Positions 1-12,013 of a stretch of 64,000 nt of DNA are shown in pieces. The position numbers and the translations under genes are program-made. The stretch's first letter is position 1. The number at the start of each line of letters is the position of its first letter. The stretch is taken from assembly GCF_050725575.1 (NCBI RefSeq), contig NZ_JBOHHW010000002.1, forward strand, positions 118,235 to 182,234, given 5' to 3'. The notes under the pieces are model-generated. The model ran no database searches, had not been told where the DNA came from, and saw nothing but the letters and a program-made list of their open reading frames with translations. Source of the DNA: Sphingomonas sp. (GTDB lineage Bacteria > Pseudomonadota > Alphaproteobacteria > Sphingomonadales > Sphingomonadaceae).

Positions 1-62
1 TGTCAATGATATAACGTTACAGCGCAACAATGGCACGCCCCATCGCATGACAGAACTCTGTC

Positions 63-464
63 TCAGCATTTGGACCAGGTAAGAGGCCGGTCATTCTGCA
101 CGACAGTCGATGGGAGAGCGGGTGATCGCGGCGTGGGCCAGTCAAACCTTTTTGTCCGTGCCCGCCCGGATTTATGCGCCACGCCCGATCGGGTGATGCC
201 GACCGACGACCGCGAGCGTATCCCGGTCCCTGCAAACGTGGCCCCGGTCTTCGGTCCAACCGCCTTGCACAACGGCACTGCCGGCACATACGCGACGAGT
301 GGGATATTCCGCGTCTGCAATATCGTTGCCGACTCAGCCCACTCAAAGGCGAACACGCCGGGTATCGAGGAGATCAGAGCGGCCACGATCATGCCATAGG
401 AGCTGATGGCCAGCCCAAGCGAGCCAAGCCTGATTCCGGACCCGCCGTTGCGATTCATGTACAT
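63..464 (-). CDS. hypothetical small membrane protein (weak call)
   Basis: ATG at 464 lies 6 nt downstream of a GGAGG (revcomp of 471-475). The N-terminal half has a hydrophobic helix (LGSLGLAISSYGMIVAALISSIPGVFAF). The C-terminal half is R/S-rich and may be non-coding read-through. The region is less GC-rich than its neighbours. Confidence 0.3.
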   Translation of the reverse strand: MYMNRNGGSGIRLGSLGLAISSYGMIVAALISSIPGVFAFEWAESATILQTRNIPLVAYVPAVPLCKAVGPKTGATFAGTGIRSRSSVGITRSGVAHKSGRARTKRFDWPTPRSPALPSTVVQNDRPLTWSKC

Positions 465-570
465 TGATAGCCTCCCCAAGCTCGCTCGCCGTGACGAAGT
501 AGAGTTAGGATATACCATTACATGATAAGCATCAAGAAAATCGCTCCGCCGGGGCGACACGCCATGCTGC

Positions 571-1896
571 CTATGCCGTCAGCCGTTCCACCGCACGCTG
601 GCGTCCGATCAATGGCAGCAACGCAGCCATATCGGGACCGTGATCGCGCCCGGTCAGCGCGCGGCGCAGCGGCAGGAACAGCGCCTTGCCGCCCCGGCCG
701 CTCGATGCCTTGAGCGCAGCGGTCAACGCGTGCCAGGGGTCGGCGCTCCAGTCGAGATCTTCCGCAACTCGGGCCGCCTCGGCCAGGAACTCTTGATCGG
801 CATCATCGACCACCGACTCGACCGGCCCCTCGATCACGCCCCACCAATCCGCCGCCTCGGCGATGACCGTCAGGTTGGGCCGCACCGCTTCCCATTCCGC
901 ACGGCCCATGCCGCCCGGCAGCCGGCCGGCGACCTGGTCGAAATCCAGACCATGGATGATGCGGGTGTTGACCGCCGCCAGTTCGGCGTCATCGAAGCGC
1001 GCCGGCGCGCGGCCGAAACGGGCGAAGTCGAAACTGGCGACCAGCGGCTCGGCCTCGGCGATCGGCTCGACCGGGTCGCTGGTGCCGAGCCGCGCGAGCA
1101 GCGCGCGGATCGCCTGCGGCTCGATGCCCTGGTCGCGAAACGCCGCAACGCCGAGCGAGCCGAGCCGCTTCGACAATTTGCCCTCGCTGCCAACCAGCAA
1201 GGCCTCATGCGCGAAGGACGGCGCCGTCGCACCCATCGCTGTGAACATCTGCAACTGCAATGCGGTGTTCGACACATGATCCTCACCGCGTACGACATGA
1301 GTGACGCTCATATCGACATCGTCGATCGCGGACGGAAGCATATAGAGCCAGGATCCGTCGGCGCGGCGGATCACCGGATCGCTCATTGTCGCCGGGTCGA
1401 AACGCTGATGGCCGCGGATCAGGTCATCCCATTCAATCGCCGCCGAATGATCGAGCTTGAAGCGCCAGTGCGGGCGCACCCCGTCCGCCTCCAGCGCAGC
1501 ACGATCGTCGTCGCTCAGCGCCAGCGCGGCGCGGTCGTAGATCGGCGGCAGGCCACGACCGGCGGCGATCTTGCGCTTCAGGTCGAGTTCCTGCGCGGTT
1601 TCATAGGCGGGATAGATATGCCCGGCGGCGCGCAATGTCTCGAAACGCGCCTCGTACAGGGCAAAGCGCGCCGACTGCCGCTCCTCGCCATTGCGCGCCA
1701 GTCCGAGCCAGTCGAGATCGGCGCGGATCGCCGTGACGAACGCCTCCTCGCTGCGCTCGGCATCGGTATCGTCGATACGCAGCCAGAATTGCCCGCCGGT
1801 CTTCTTCGCCCATAGCCAGTTATGCAGCGCGGTGCGGATATTGCCGACGTGCAGAATGCCGGTCGGGCTGGGCGCGAAACGGGTGATGACGGTCAT
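571..1896 (-). CDS. gltX: glutamyl-tRNA synthetase
   Basis: 441 aa. N-terminus RFAPSPTGILHVGNIRTAL (HIGH motif) and KLSKR (KMSKS motif). Confidence 0.93.
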   Translation of the reverse strand: MTVITRFAPSPTGILHVGNIRTALHNWLWAKKTGGQFWLRIDDTDAERSEEAFVTAIRADLDWLGLARNGEERQSARFALYEARFETLRAAGHIYPAYETAQELDLKRKIAAGRGLPPIYDRAALALSDDDRAALEADGVRPHWRFKLDHSAAIEWDDLIRGHQRFDPATMSDPVIRRADGSWLYMLPSAIDDVDMSVTHVVRGEDHVSNTALQLQMFTAMGATAPSFAHEALLVGSEGKLSKRLGSLGVAAFRDQGIEPQAIRALLARLGTSDPVEPIAEAEPLVASFDFARFGRAPARFDDAELAAVNTRIIHGLDFDQVAGRLPGGMGRAEWEAVRPNLTVIAEAADWWGVIEGPVESVVDDADQEFLAEAARVAEDLDWSADPWHALTAALKASSGRGGKALFLPLRRALTGRDHGPDMAALLPLIGRQRAVERLTA

Positions 1897-1948
1897 ATGC
1901 GTCGCTTAAGGTCGATAGTCATGAGCCGCAACCGGCGATCGGTCCTGC

Positions 1949-2473
1949 TTACCGGCCCGCCCGCGCCGCCTGTATCGAGGACCGAAGGTCGATCAACTGT
2001 TCGGGGGAGAGCACCCGTTTCGGAATGAAATGATAAAGCTGGTCATTGAGAAAGAGGATGAAGGCCGCCGGCCCCTCGGCCCAGGCGTGATAATCGACCC
2101 AGGCAATCTTGCTTGTCCCAACATCGGACCTGGTATCGGTGCCAGTGCCATCCCAGCGGACGGTAAAGTCGTTCTCCAGCGTGCGCTGCTGGCGAAACAG
2201 CCGCGTCGCGCGGCGTGGCAGCAGCGCATAGCTTATCAGCATGAGCACCGTCATGAGGGCGAGGAAACCGGCCATCATGCCCAGGACGAACAGCAGCCGG
2301 TAACCGAGATCCGGTTCATCCCAGGTGATCAGCACGCCGCCGAACGCCACCAGCGCGGTGATGATCGACAGGCGGACGGAGAAACGGCGCTTGCGCAAGG
2401 CATGCATGTACCAGACGCGCGCCGCCCCGATATAATCGTCGACATCGGGCCGAAAGCTGGTCTCACCGGGCAT
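1949..2473 (-). CDS. YcxB-like membrane protein
   Basis: 174 aa with two central TM helices followed by a soluble C-terminal domain, the typical YcxB-family layout. Confidence 0.55.
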   Translation of the reverse strand: MPGETSFRPDVDDYIGAARVWYMHALRKRRFSVRLSIITALVAFGGVLITWDEPDLGYRLLFVLGMMAGFLALMTVLMLISYALLPRRATRLFRQQRTLENDFTVRWDGTGTDTRSDVGTSKIAWVDYHAWAEGPAAFILFLNDQLYHFIPKRVLSPEQLIDLRSSIQAARAGR

Positions 2474-2551
2474 CGTCGCACTCCTGCCTTTCGATTTCTC
2501 TAGCCCGCCTCTAAGAGACGCTCAATCGGCGAGCAAAAAGGGCGGCCCAAA

Positions 2552-3487
2552 ATGAAGTTACTGACCGGCAATTCCAACCTGCCGCTGGCGCGCGATGTCG
2601 CAGCCTATCTCGAGATCGCACTGACCCAGGCGAGCGTGCGACGCTTTGCCGATGAGGAAGTGTTCGTCGAAATCCATGAAAATGTCCGCGGCGAGGACGT
2701 GTTCGTGCTGCAATCGACCGGCTATCCGGCGAACGACAATCTGATGGAGCTGCTGATCTGCATCGACGCGCTGAAACGCGCCTCGGCCAAGCGCATCACG
2801 GCCGTCGTGCCCTATTTCGGCTATGCCCGGCAGGACCGCAAACCCGGCCCGCGCACCCCGATCTCGGCCAAGCTGGTCGCTAATCTGATCACCGTGGCGG
2901 GCGCCGACCGCGTGCTCTCGGTCGATCTCCATGCCGGGCAGATCCAGGGCTTCTTCGATATCCCAACCGACAATCTCTATGGCGCGCCAGTCATGTCGGC
3001 CGATATCCTGACTCGCTTCGGCGACCGCAACCTGATGGTCGTCTCGCCCGACGTTGGCGGCGTGGTGCGCGCCCGCGCGCTGGCCAAGCGACTCAACAAC
3101 GCACCGCTGGCGATCGTCGACAAGCGCCGCGAACGCGCCGGTGAATCCGAAGTGATGAACATCATCGGTGATGTCGAAGGGCGTTTCTGCATCCTGATCG
3201 ACGATATCGTCGATTCGGCCGGCACCCTGTGCAACGCCGCCGCCGCGCTGAAGGAAGCCGGCGCCGAGGGTGTCGTCGCCTATGTCACGCACGGCGTGCT
3301 GTCGGGCGGCGCGGTGGCGCGAGTCGAGGGATCGGCGCTGGAGGAACTGGTGATCACCGATTCGATCGGCAGCCATGAGGTGATCAAGGACGCGAAGCGT
3401 ATCCGCCATCTGACCATCGCGCCGCTGCTCGGTGAAGCGATCAAGCGGATCGCGGATGAGAGCTCGGTGTCGTCGCTGTTCGATTGA
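2552..3487 (+). CDS. prs: ribose-phosphate pyrophosphokinase
   Basis: 311 aa. MKLLTGNSN...[10 protein letters not shown] and the [14 protein letters not shown]-binding loop. Confidence 0.95.
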   Translation: MKLLTGNSNLPLARDVAAYLEIALTQASVRRFADEEVFVEIHENVRGEDVFVLQSTGYPANDNLMELLICIDALKRASAKRITAVVPYFGYARQDRKPGPRTPISAKLVANLITVAGADRVLSVDLHAGQIQGFFDIPTDNLYGAPVMSADILTRFGDRNLMVVSPDVGGVVRARALAKRLNNAPLAIVDKRRERAGESEVMNIIGDVEGRFCILIDDIVDSAGTLCNAAAALKEAGAEGVVAYVTHGVLSGGAVARVEGSALEELVITDSIGSHEVIKDAKRIRHLTIAPLLGEAIKRIADESSVSSLFD

Positions 3488-3493
3488 GCGAAA

Positions 3494-4243
3494 TCAGGTC
3501 AGCGCATCCCAGATAAGCTTCACCCCGACCAGCATCATCAGCACGTAGATCGCGCTGTAGAAGCGGTCGGGCGCGACCCGGCGCACCAGCCACACGCCGG
3601 CCAGCGTCGAGGCGATCGCCATCGGCAGCAGCAACGCCGCCGCCACGAGATTGTCATGGCTGAACTGGCCAAGCGCCCAGTAAGCCGGCACTTTCGCCCA
3701 GTTGACCGCGGCGAAGAAGATCGCCGTCGTGCCGATCAGCACATCGCGGTCGAGCCGGCGCGGCAGCACCCAGACCTGGAATGGCGGCTGGCCGGCATGA
3801 GCGATCTGGCTGGTGAAGCCCGAGGCGACGCCGCACAGCGCCCCGATCCAGCCCGGCGAGCGCGACGAGGCGCGGAGCACGCCGCCGCGTTCGACCCACA
3901 GGCGATAGCCGCCGAACAGCAGCGAGATCGCACCGACCAGCCCGAGCACCGCATCGGCCGACACCTGCGCCGCGAACAGATAGCCAAGCCCGATGCCGAT
4001 CGCCGCGCCCGGCAGAGTCCAGGCCAGCACATAACCATCCCAGCTTTTGCGGAACGCCCACAGGCTCACCACATCCTGCACGATCAGGATCGGCAACAGG
4101 ATCGCCGCCGCGCGTACCGGCGAGATCGCCAGCGCCATGATCGGCAGCGACAGCGCGCCCATGCCGGCAAACCCGCCCTTGGACAGGCCAAGCAGGATCA
4201 CCGCCGGCACGGCGAGTGCGAAGAACAGCGCGCCTTCGGTCAA
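3494..4243 (-). CDS. TauE/SafE (TSUP) family membrane transporter
   Basis: 249 aa polytopic protein with Gly-rich helices typical of DUF81/TSUP. Its start overlaps the crtZ stop by 4 nt. Confidence 0.85.
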   Translation of the reverse strand: MTEGALFFALAVPAVILLGLSKGGFAGMGALSLPIMALAISPVRAAAILLPILIVQDVVSLWAFRKSWDGYVLAWTLPGAAIGIGLGYLFAAQVSADAVLGLVGAISLLFGGYRLWVERGGVLRASSRSPGWIGALCGVASGFTSQIAHAGQPPFQVWVLPRRLDRDVLIGTTAIFFAAVNWAKVPAYWALGQFSHDNLVAAALLLPMAIASTLAGVWLVRRVAPDRFYSAIYVLMMLVGVKLIWDALT

Positions 4244-4761
4244 TCGACGGGCAGGGCGTCCGGCCGCCCGACGGGCGCGCGGACCCCGGCATGCTGGCGG
4301 CGCTTGAGTTCAGCCTTCAACACCTCCGGCCGGGGCGCCCAGAGAAAGCCGAAGCTGACCGTACCTGCCTTGGTCTCGACGACGTGATGCAGCCGGTGCG
4401 CCTGGATGATGCGCTTCATATAGGATGATCTGGGCAGATAGCGGGTCGCGATGCGGCGATGGACGATCACATCGTGAAAGCCGAAATAGATTGCGCCGTA
4501 CCCGGCGATGCCCGCCCCGATCCAGGTGAAGCCGGGCCACCAGCCGAGCTGCACGCCGCCGAGCAGCAGCACGAATGACGGGATCGCGAAGATCACCGCG
4601 TAAAGATCGTTCAGTTCCCAATTGCCGGTACGCGGGCGGTGATGGCTTTCGTGCAGGAACCAGCCGAACCCGTGCATCACCCAGCGGTGCGCGACATAGG
4701 CGACCAGTTCCATCGCGAGAATCGTCGCGAAAAATAATGGCAGGCCGGTTGTCCAATGCAT
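4240..4761 (-). CDS. crtZ: beta-carotene hydroxylase
   Basis: 173 aa. Histidine boxes HRWVMH, HESHH, HDVIVH and HRLHH of the CrtZ/fatty-acid-hydroxylase family. Confidence 0.85.
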   Translation of the reverse strand: MHWTTGLPLFFATILAMELVAYVAHRWVMHGFGWFLHESHHRPRTGNWELNDLYAVIFAIPSFVLLLGGVQLGWWPGFTWIGAGIAGYGAIYFGFHDVIVHRRIATRYLPRSSYMKRIIQAHRLHHVVETKAGTVSFGFLWAPRPEVLKAELKRRQHAGVRAPVGRPDALPVD

Positions 4762-4806
4762 GGGGGGCGATATAGCGGCGGGGCTGAATGATTGCGAGGC
4801 CGCCGA

Positions 4807-5121
4807 ATGCGCCGTTTATTGCCGCTCTCCACGCTGGTGCTGCCAGCGTTGCTCCTTTCGGCCTGTTCGACGCCGGAAACGCTTACCCGCGACGGCCTGA
4901 TCAAAGCCGGGATTCCCAAGCCGATCGCCGGATGTATGGCGCGCCGGATGGTCGATCGCCTTTCGCTGCTGCAGCTGCGTCGCCTGTCGGCATTGGGCAA
5001 AGCGAAGCAATCGCGCGATATCGAGCAGTTCCTCCGCAGCATACGGTCGCTCAACGATCCGGAGATCGTCCGCGTGACCACCAGTTCGGCGGGGCTTTGT
5101 GCCGTCGGGCTGGCTGACTAG
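4807..5121 (+). CDS. hypothetical lipoprotein
   Basis: Signal peptide with lipobox LLLSAC. An alternative start lies at 4792. Confidence 0.55.
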   Translation: MRRLLPLSTLVLPALLLSACSTPETLTRDGLIKAGIPKPIAGCMARRMVDRLSLLQLRRLSALGKAKQSRDIEQFLRSIRSLNDPEIVRVTTSSAGLCAVGLAD

Positions 5122-5247
5122 CCGCGCCCCGGGGGATCAGATGGTCTGGCGCGGTGCGCAAGCAGCGAGCAAGCGAAGGGGTGGATTCGCCTGACGCGCT
5201 GTGCTTAAGGCCCTGCGACATCGATTTTCTGAAGAGGCGCCCGCCCC

Positions 5248-6447
<1,200 letters not shown>

Positions 6448-6492
6448 GCCGTTTCTCCCCAGGAACGCATTAGGTCACACGGAGAAGATGCA

Positions 6493-7239
6493 ATGAAGGT
6501 GCTGGTGCCGGTCAAGCGGGTGCTTGATTACAATGTGAAACCCCGCGTGAAAGCGGACGGGACGGGCGTCGATCTGGCGAACGTCAAGATGAGCATGAAC
6601 CCGTTCGACGAGATCGCGGTCGAAGAAGCCATCCGTCTGAAAGACAAGGGTGTCACCGAGATCGTCGTCGTCTCGATCGGCGAGCAAAAGGCGCAGGAAA
6701 CACTGCGCACCGCGCTCGCCATGGGAGCCGACCGTGCGATCCTGATCGTGTCGGACGAGAAGGTCGAGCCGCTGGGCGTCGCGAAGCTGCTCGCCAAGAT
6801 AGTGGAGGAGGAAAAGCCTGAGCTGGTGATCCTCGGCAAGCAAGCGATCGACGACGACAACAACCAGACCGGCCAGATGCTCGCCGGCCTGCTTGGCGTC
6901 GGCCAGGCGACTTTCGCATCGAAGGTCGAGCTGGCATCGGACAGCGTCACGGTGACGCGCGAAGTCGATGGCGGTTCGGAGACCGAGAAGCTCTCGCTCC
7001 CCGCGATCATCACCACCGACCTGCGCCTCAACGAGCCGCGTTATGCGTCGCTGCCCAACATCATGAAGGCCAAGTCCAAGCCGCTCGCGCAGAAGACCCC
7101 GGCCGATTACGGCGTCGACGTGTCCCCGCGCCTGACCACGCTGAAAGTGGTCGAGCCCGCCAAGCGCACCGCCGGCGTCAAGGTCGCCGATGTCGATGAA
7201 TTGGTCGCTAAACTCAAGGCGATGGGAGTCGCGAAATGA
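6493..7239 (+). CDS. etfB: electron transfer flavoprotein beta subunit
   Basis: 248 aa. [16 protein letters not shown]...[16 protein letters not shown]. Confidence 0.93.
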   Translation: MKVLVPVKRVLDYNVKPRVKADGTGVDLANVKMSMNPFDEIAVEEAIRLKDKGVTEIVVVSIGEQKAQETLRTALAMGADRAILIVSDEKVEPLGVAKLLAKIVEEEKPELVILGKQAIDDDNNQTGQMLAGLLGVGQATFASKVELASDSVTVTREVDGGSETEKLSLPAIITTDLRLNEPRYASLPNIMKAKSKPLAQKTPADYGVDVSPRLTTLKVVEPAKRTAGVKVADVDELVAKLKAMGVAK

Positions 7240-8165
7240 AGACGCTCGTCTGGGTCGAACATGACGGCAAGGTCGTCAAGGACGCCACGCTCGCCGTGGT
7301 CACCGCCGCATCCAAGCTTGGCGAAGTGCATCTGCTCGTCGCAGGGCAAGGCGTGGACGGCGTCGCCGCCGAAGCCGCCAAGATCGCCGGCGTGGGCAAG
7401 GTCCATGTCGCCGACGACGCGGCCTATGCGCATGCGCTGGCCGAGAATGTCGCGCCGCTCGTCGTGTCGCTGATGGCGGATCATGATGCGTTCCTCGTGC
7501 CCGCCACGTCGAACGGCAAGAATATCGCGCCGCGCGTCGCCGCGTTGCTCGACGTGATGCAGATCAGCGACATCCTGTCGGTCGAGAGCGAGGATACCTT
7601 CACCCGCCCGATCTATGCCGGCAACGCGATCGCCACCGTCCAGTCGAAGGACGCGAAGAAAGTCATTTCGGTGCGCGGTACCGCGTTCGAAAAGGCCGCC
7701 ACTTCGGGTGGATCAGGCACGATCGAGAAGGTCGCATCGACCGGTGAGAAGGGCCTGTCGACCTATGTCGGGTCGGAGATCGCCAAGTCGGAGCGTCCAG
7801 AGCTGACCAGCGCGAAGATCATCGTGTCGGGTGGCCGCGCGCTGCAGAACTCGGAGAATTTCCACTCGATCATCGAACCGCTTGCCGACAAGCTCGGCGC
7901 CGGCGTCGGCGCATCGCGCGCTGCGGTCGATGCGGGCTATGTCCCCAACGACTATCAGGTCGGCCAGACCGGCAAGATCGTCGCCCCCGAAGTCTATATC
8001 GCGATCGGCATTTCCGGCGCGATCCAGCATCTTGCGGGGATGAAGGATTCGAAGACGATCATCGCGATCAACAAGGACGAGGACGCACCGATCTTCCAGG
8101 TCGCGGACATCGGCCTGGTCGGCGATCTGTTCAAGATCGTGCCGGAGCTGACCGAAAAGCTCTGA
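7236..8165 (+). CDS. etfA: electron transfer flavoprotein alpha subunit
   Basis: 309 aa. 4-nt overlap with etfB. FAD-binding C-terminus [20 protein letters not shown]. Confidence 0.93.
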   Translation: MKTLVWVEHDGKVVKDATLAVVTAASKLGEVHLLVAGQGVDGVAAEAAKIAGVGKVHVADDAAYAHALAENVAPLVVSLMADHDAFLVPATSNGKNIAPRVAALLDVMQISDILSVESEDTFTRPIYAGNAIATVQSKDAKKVISVRGTAFEKAATSGGSGTIEKVASTGEKGLSTYVGSEIAKSERPELTSAKIIVSGGRALQNSENFHSIIEPLADKLGAGVGASRAAVDAGYVPNDYQVGQTGKIVAPEVYIAIGISGAIQHLAGMKDSKTIIAINKDEDAPIFQVADIGLVGDLFKIVPELTEKL

Positions 8166-8168
8166 TCC

Positions 8169-8858
8169 GTGTCAGCAATGACGCTGGAACTTGATGGGGC
8201 GGTGCGATGTGATCGCGCCGCCCTTTCGATTCTGGGCGACCTCGATGCGCTGGCCGATCGCCAGCCGCGCGACCGTGCCGGAATCAGACTGCAGGGTGTC
8301 GATGCGCTTGTCCCCTTGCTGGCAGGCGATGGACCGCTCGGCGCGCTCGCGGCTCGAACGCTCGGCTCGGGATGCAGGCCGGTGCGTGCGATCCTGTTCG
8401 ACAAGACCGAAGCGACCAACTGGGCATTGGGCTGGCACCAGGACCGTACGATCGTGGTGCGCGAGCGTCACGAGACACCGGGGTTCGGACCATGGACGGT
8501 CAAGGCCGGTATGACCCATGTCGCGCCGCCGGCCGACCTGCTCGCTGGCATGGTGACGATGCGCGTGCACCTCGACGATGTGCCTGACACCAATGCGCCG
8601 TTACTGATCGCGCCGGGTTCGCATCGGCTTGGCCGGATCGCCGAGTCGGAGATCGATGCGATCGTCGAACGATGCGGCACGATCGCCTGTCTCGCCAAGC
8701 GCGGCGATGTGTGGCTGTAAGTGACGCTGATTCTGCATGCATCGAACCTGGCCACCAGACCGGCGCGGCGCCGAGTACTGCAGATCGACTTCGCGGTGAG
8801 CGACCTGCCGGGCGACCTCGAATGGCTCGGACTCCAGGCCGGCGATGCCGCGCTGTAG
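8169..8858 (+). pseudogene. phytanoyl-CoA dioxygenase (PhyH) family gene interrupted by an in-frame TAA at 8718-8720
   Basis: The 183-aa ORF ends ...GDVWL*. The same frame continues VTLILHASNLATRPARRRVLQIDF...AAL* to TAG 8856-8858. The second His of the 2-His-1-carboxylate facial triad (LHAS) lies after the stop. Confidence 0.7.
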
Positions 8859-8876
8859 CGCCAAATTCCGGTAAAC

Positions 8877-9401
8877 TCAGTTGCCGAGATCAAGCGTCTC
8901 GAAGATGAACTCGCCGGTCGAGCAGGACACGCGGGCGATCGGCGCTGTACCCAATACGACAATGGCCTTCTTCTCCACCCCGGCGAAGACGATCGTTGCC
9001 GAACCCGATGCATCGACGCTGATCGTGAAGGGCATTGGCTGCAGCAATGCGGATTTGCCGATCTCGACCTCTGTTTTCTCGCCGTCGATGGTGAAAATGA
9101 TCGATGCCGTCAGCGCCTGGGCATCGATACTGGGGAATCCAGCCAACTGCAGCTGGATCGAATTCTTACGATCGGCACTGCTCAATGCGACATTGCCTAC
9201 GGCGCCCCAACGGGGAATTTCGATCATATTACGCGCCGTCAGCACACCGCTGACCCTGTTCACGTTACCGGATTGCGTCGTTTTCAACTCGGAGAACCGA
9301 CCTCCTGTCGAGTCGCAGTCAAAGTGGAGCGTCGATGCCGCGACCGGTGCGACCGGCAATAAAAGCGCCAAGGAAAGACCCGTCGCAAGATATCGGTTCA
9401 T
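8877..9401 (-). CDS. hypothetical exported protein
   Basis: The internal start MNRYLATGLSLALLLPVAPVAAS gives a signal peptide. No recognisable domain. Lies downstream of the TonB-dependent receptor on the same strand. Confidence 0.55.
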   Translation of the reverse strand: MNRYLATGLSLALLLPVAPVAASTLHFDCDSTGGRFSELKTTQSGNVNRVSGVLTARNMIEIPRWGAVGNVALSSADRKNSIQLQLAGFPSIDAQALTASIIFTIDGEKTEVEIGKSALLQPMPFTISVDASGSATIVFAGVEKKAIVVLGTAPIARVSCSTGEFIFETLDLGN

Positions 9402-9547
9402 GACCACCCCCAATGTCTCGAATGATAGCCAATGCGAGCGGGCAGACAAGCTACGCCATGACACTCAATGAGCGAGACGGAGCGCGTTCGACCGCCGCTT
9501 TTTGGCCGTCCTTCGTGCTGCTGCGGAAGGACGGCCATGAGCACCAA

Positions 9548-11851
9548 TCAGAATTTTGCCGACAATTGCACGCCGTAGAGGCGTGGTTCGGCCGGGATGT
9601 AGGTAGGAATGCCGAACCCGCCGCCGGTATTGCCGGCATCAAGCAGATAATCCTTATTGAACAGGTTGCGGGCGAAGGCGGCGAGTTCGAACCGGTCGTC
9701 GCCTTCGCCGCCAAAACCCACGCCGGCCCGCACATTGACCAGAGTCACCGGCCCCTGAGCAATCAACGGATTGTTCGGAATCTCGAAGAAGATGCGGCTG
9801 CGATAGGTGATCGTCGGCGTGGCGAAGATGCGAAGGCCATGGCCGATCGGCGTGTCGATGGTGATGCCACCCGATGCCTGAACATCGGGCTGTAGCCGGA
9901 ATTTGGCGCCGCGGAAATTGGGTGCGATCGACAGCTTATCGTCAATGCCGCCATCGATATAGGCGATATTGGCGAAGGCGCTCAGCCATTTTGTCGGGCG
10001 AAGATTGATTTCTGCCTCGACGCCCTTGTTGCTCGCCGTGCCGGCGCTTTGTGTCTGGGTCCTGCCGTCGGGCAGGACCACGCTGACCTGGAAATTGTCA
10101 TAGGTCATGTAATAGGCGCCGATCGATCCCGACACGATGCCCGCCGATCCCTTCAGCCCGATCTCATAATTCCAGACATTCTCCGCCGCGACCGGCGTGA
10201 AGGCAGCGACCGGCCCGGTTGCCGTCGCTGCCGCCCCAAGCTGCACGGTCGCCGAGCGACGGCCCTTCGATACGGTGGCATAGGCATTCACCTTGTCCGA
10301 CAGGCGGTACAGCGCGTTGAACCGCGGCAGGACAGCGGCAAAACTGTCTTCGGTGCGGAATGTCTGGCCACCGGTATCGACCTGGCCCGGAATCAGCGAT
10401 GCGCCGCCGGTGATCACCGACCGCGGCACGCGGGCGAAGAAGCCCGACTGGCGCTTTTCGATCAACAGCCGCACGCCGGCGGTCAGCTCAAGCCGGGGTG
10501 TCGGGGTGAACGTGCCGTCGGCAAACACCGAATAGCTGTCGTTGATACCCGAATTCTGGAACACCGAACTGTACGGAATGACCGTCGCCGCGCCCTTGGT
10601 CAGGATCGCCGTCGCCGCCGAGGCAGCAACGGTGCCGTTCGGCGCAACACAGGCGAGGCCCGGGATCAGCCGCGCCGCACATTGCAGAAACGTCCCTTCC
10701 TCGGCCGAGAAGGGTATGTTCTGCAGGTTGTTTTCATGGAAGAAATTGAACCCGAACGACCCGTGAAACCGGTCGCTACTATAGGCAAAACGCGTTTCGT
10801 GGTTGAACTGGCTGCCCTTGGCGAGCTCGGCGAATTCGAGATACCAGGCGGCCGACCCGTCGGCATCGAAGATCTCGAGCGAATCGAACTTGCGATAGGC
10901 ATTGACCATGGTCACCGACCAGTCATCGGCAAAATCATAGCTGAGCGTCAGATTGGCATCATAGACGTCGCGCTTCAGTCCGAGCTTCGCTGCGCCGAGC
11001 GCCTGCCGCGACAATGGCGACCCGCCGAGATAGGCATCGCCGAACGGGTTGCCCGGCCCCGATGAGGTGGGCAGCGCGCGCGAGACAAAGGCGGTCCCCG
11101 GATTGCGTTGCCGGTCATAGGTCAGGATCAGGTCGGCGGTGAAATCCTCGGTCGGCGTGACGCGTAGCGATCCGCGCACGCCAAGCTGGTTCTGGCCGTT
11201 GAGATCGTCCTGGTTGGGGGCAAGATTGTTGACATAGCCGTCGCGCTTCTTGAACGCGAAGGCGAGGCGGCCGGCAATCTTGTCCGACCCGAGATTGATG
11301 TTGCCGGCGAGCAGGCGCTGGTCGAAATTGCCGACCCCGCCGGTCAGCTCGCCCGAAAAGCCTTCCTTCGGGCGCGCCGAGATGATGCTGATCGCGCCGA
11401 CCGCCGAGGCGGTACCGAACAGGGTCGCCTGCGGCCCCTTGATCACTTCAATCCGTTCGACATCGTAAATGTCCTGATACGACCCGCGCGAGCGCGAAAT
11501 GTCGACGCCGTTATAATAAAGCGTGACGCGTGCCGCCTGCTGCGCCGATCCCGAATCCGACGTGATGCCGCGAATGACGATGCCGGGATTATTGGCGCTC
11601 TGCTCCTGGATGTTGAGCCCCGGGACGAAGAAGGCGAGTTCGTCGAGATCGGAAACACCGAGCTGCTTCATCCGATCGCCGGTCACCGCGGTCAGCGTGA
11701 TCGGCACATCGATTTCCTTCTCGCTGCGCTTCTGCGCAGTCACGATGATGTCGTTCTCGTCGATCTCGGGAATTGTTTCCTGCACCTGCGCCATGGCGGG
11801 CAGCGCCGCCACCGAGGCAAGCAGAAAGATGAGTGTGGATGTGATGCGCAT
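9548..11851 (-). CDS. TonB-dependent receptor
   Basis: 767 aa. Signal peptide, plug domain (DIIVTAQKR...), beta-barrel, and a C-terminal ...LYGVQLSAKF ending in aromatic F. Confidence 0.9.
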   Translation of the reverse strand: MRITSTLIFLLASVAALPAMAQVQETIPEIDENDIIVTAQKRSEKEIDVPITLTAVTGDRMKQLGVSDLDELAFFVPGLNIQEQSANNPGIVIRGITSDSGSAQQAARVTLYYNGVDISRSRGSYQDIYDVERIEVIKGPQATLFGTASAVGAISIISARPKEGFSGELTGGVGNFDQRLLAGNINLGSDKIAGRLAFAFKKRDGYVNNLAPNQDDLNGQNQLGVRGSLRVTPTEDFTADLILTYDRQRNPGTAFVSRALPTSSGPGNPFGDAYLGGSPLSRQALGAAKLGLKRDVYDANLTLSYDFADDWSVTMVNAYRKFDSLEIFDADGSAAWYLEFAELAKGSQFNHETRFAYSSDRFHGSFGFNFFHENNLQNIPFSAEEGTFLQCAARLIPGLACVAPNGTVAASAATAILTKGAATVIPYSSVFQNSGINDSYSVFADGTFTPTPRLELTAGVRLLIEKRQSGFFARVPRSVITGGASLIPGQVDTGGQTFRTEDSFAAVLPRFNALYRLSDKVNAYATVSKGRRSATVQLGAAATATGPVAAFTPVAAENVWNYEIGLKGSAGIVSGSIGAYYMTYDNFQVSVVLPDGRTQTQSAGTASNKGVEAEINLRPTKWLSAFANIAYIDGGIDDKLSIAPNFRGAKFRLQPDVQASGGITIDTPIGHGLRIFATPTITYRSRIFFEIPNNPLIAQGPVTLVNVRAGVGFGGEGDDRFELAAFARNLFNKDYLLDAGNTGGGFGIPTYIPAEPRLYGVQLSAKF

Positions 11852-12013
11852 GAAAGGCCCCCGTTGACGTCCGAACGCCTTCGCGGGTGCAGCATTGTCG
11901 TGACGCGACCATTACCGTTCGGCGTCGGTTTGGATATTCATCCCCCGCCGGGTACGACGATCACACCGCCGTTCGGCGCGGATCACTCTCCCGGTCTGGG
12001 CAGGACGATAGCG

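Noticed and set aside
20-32. 13-mer CAGCGCAACAATG shared with 60320-60332 (both near TGTCAAT)
   Set aside because: By my rough estimate, a chance 13-mer match is expected many times over in a 64-kb window of biased composition. There is no extended collinear similarity around either copy.
11852-12013. Riboswitch (for example cobalamin) upstream of the TonB-dependent receptor
   Set aside because: The region is only about 160 nt. I could not find a B12-box-like or other riboswitch core motif. It also has to accommodate the divergent acyl-CoA dehydrogenase promoter.
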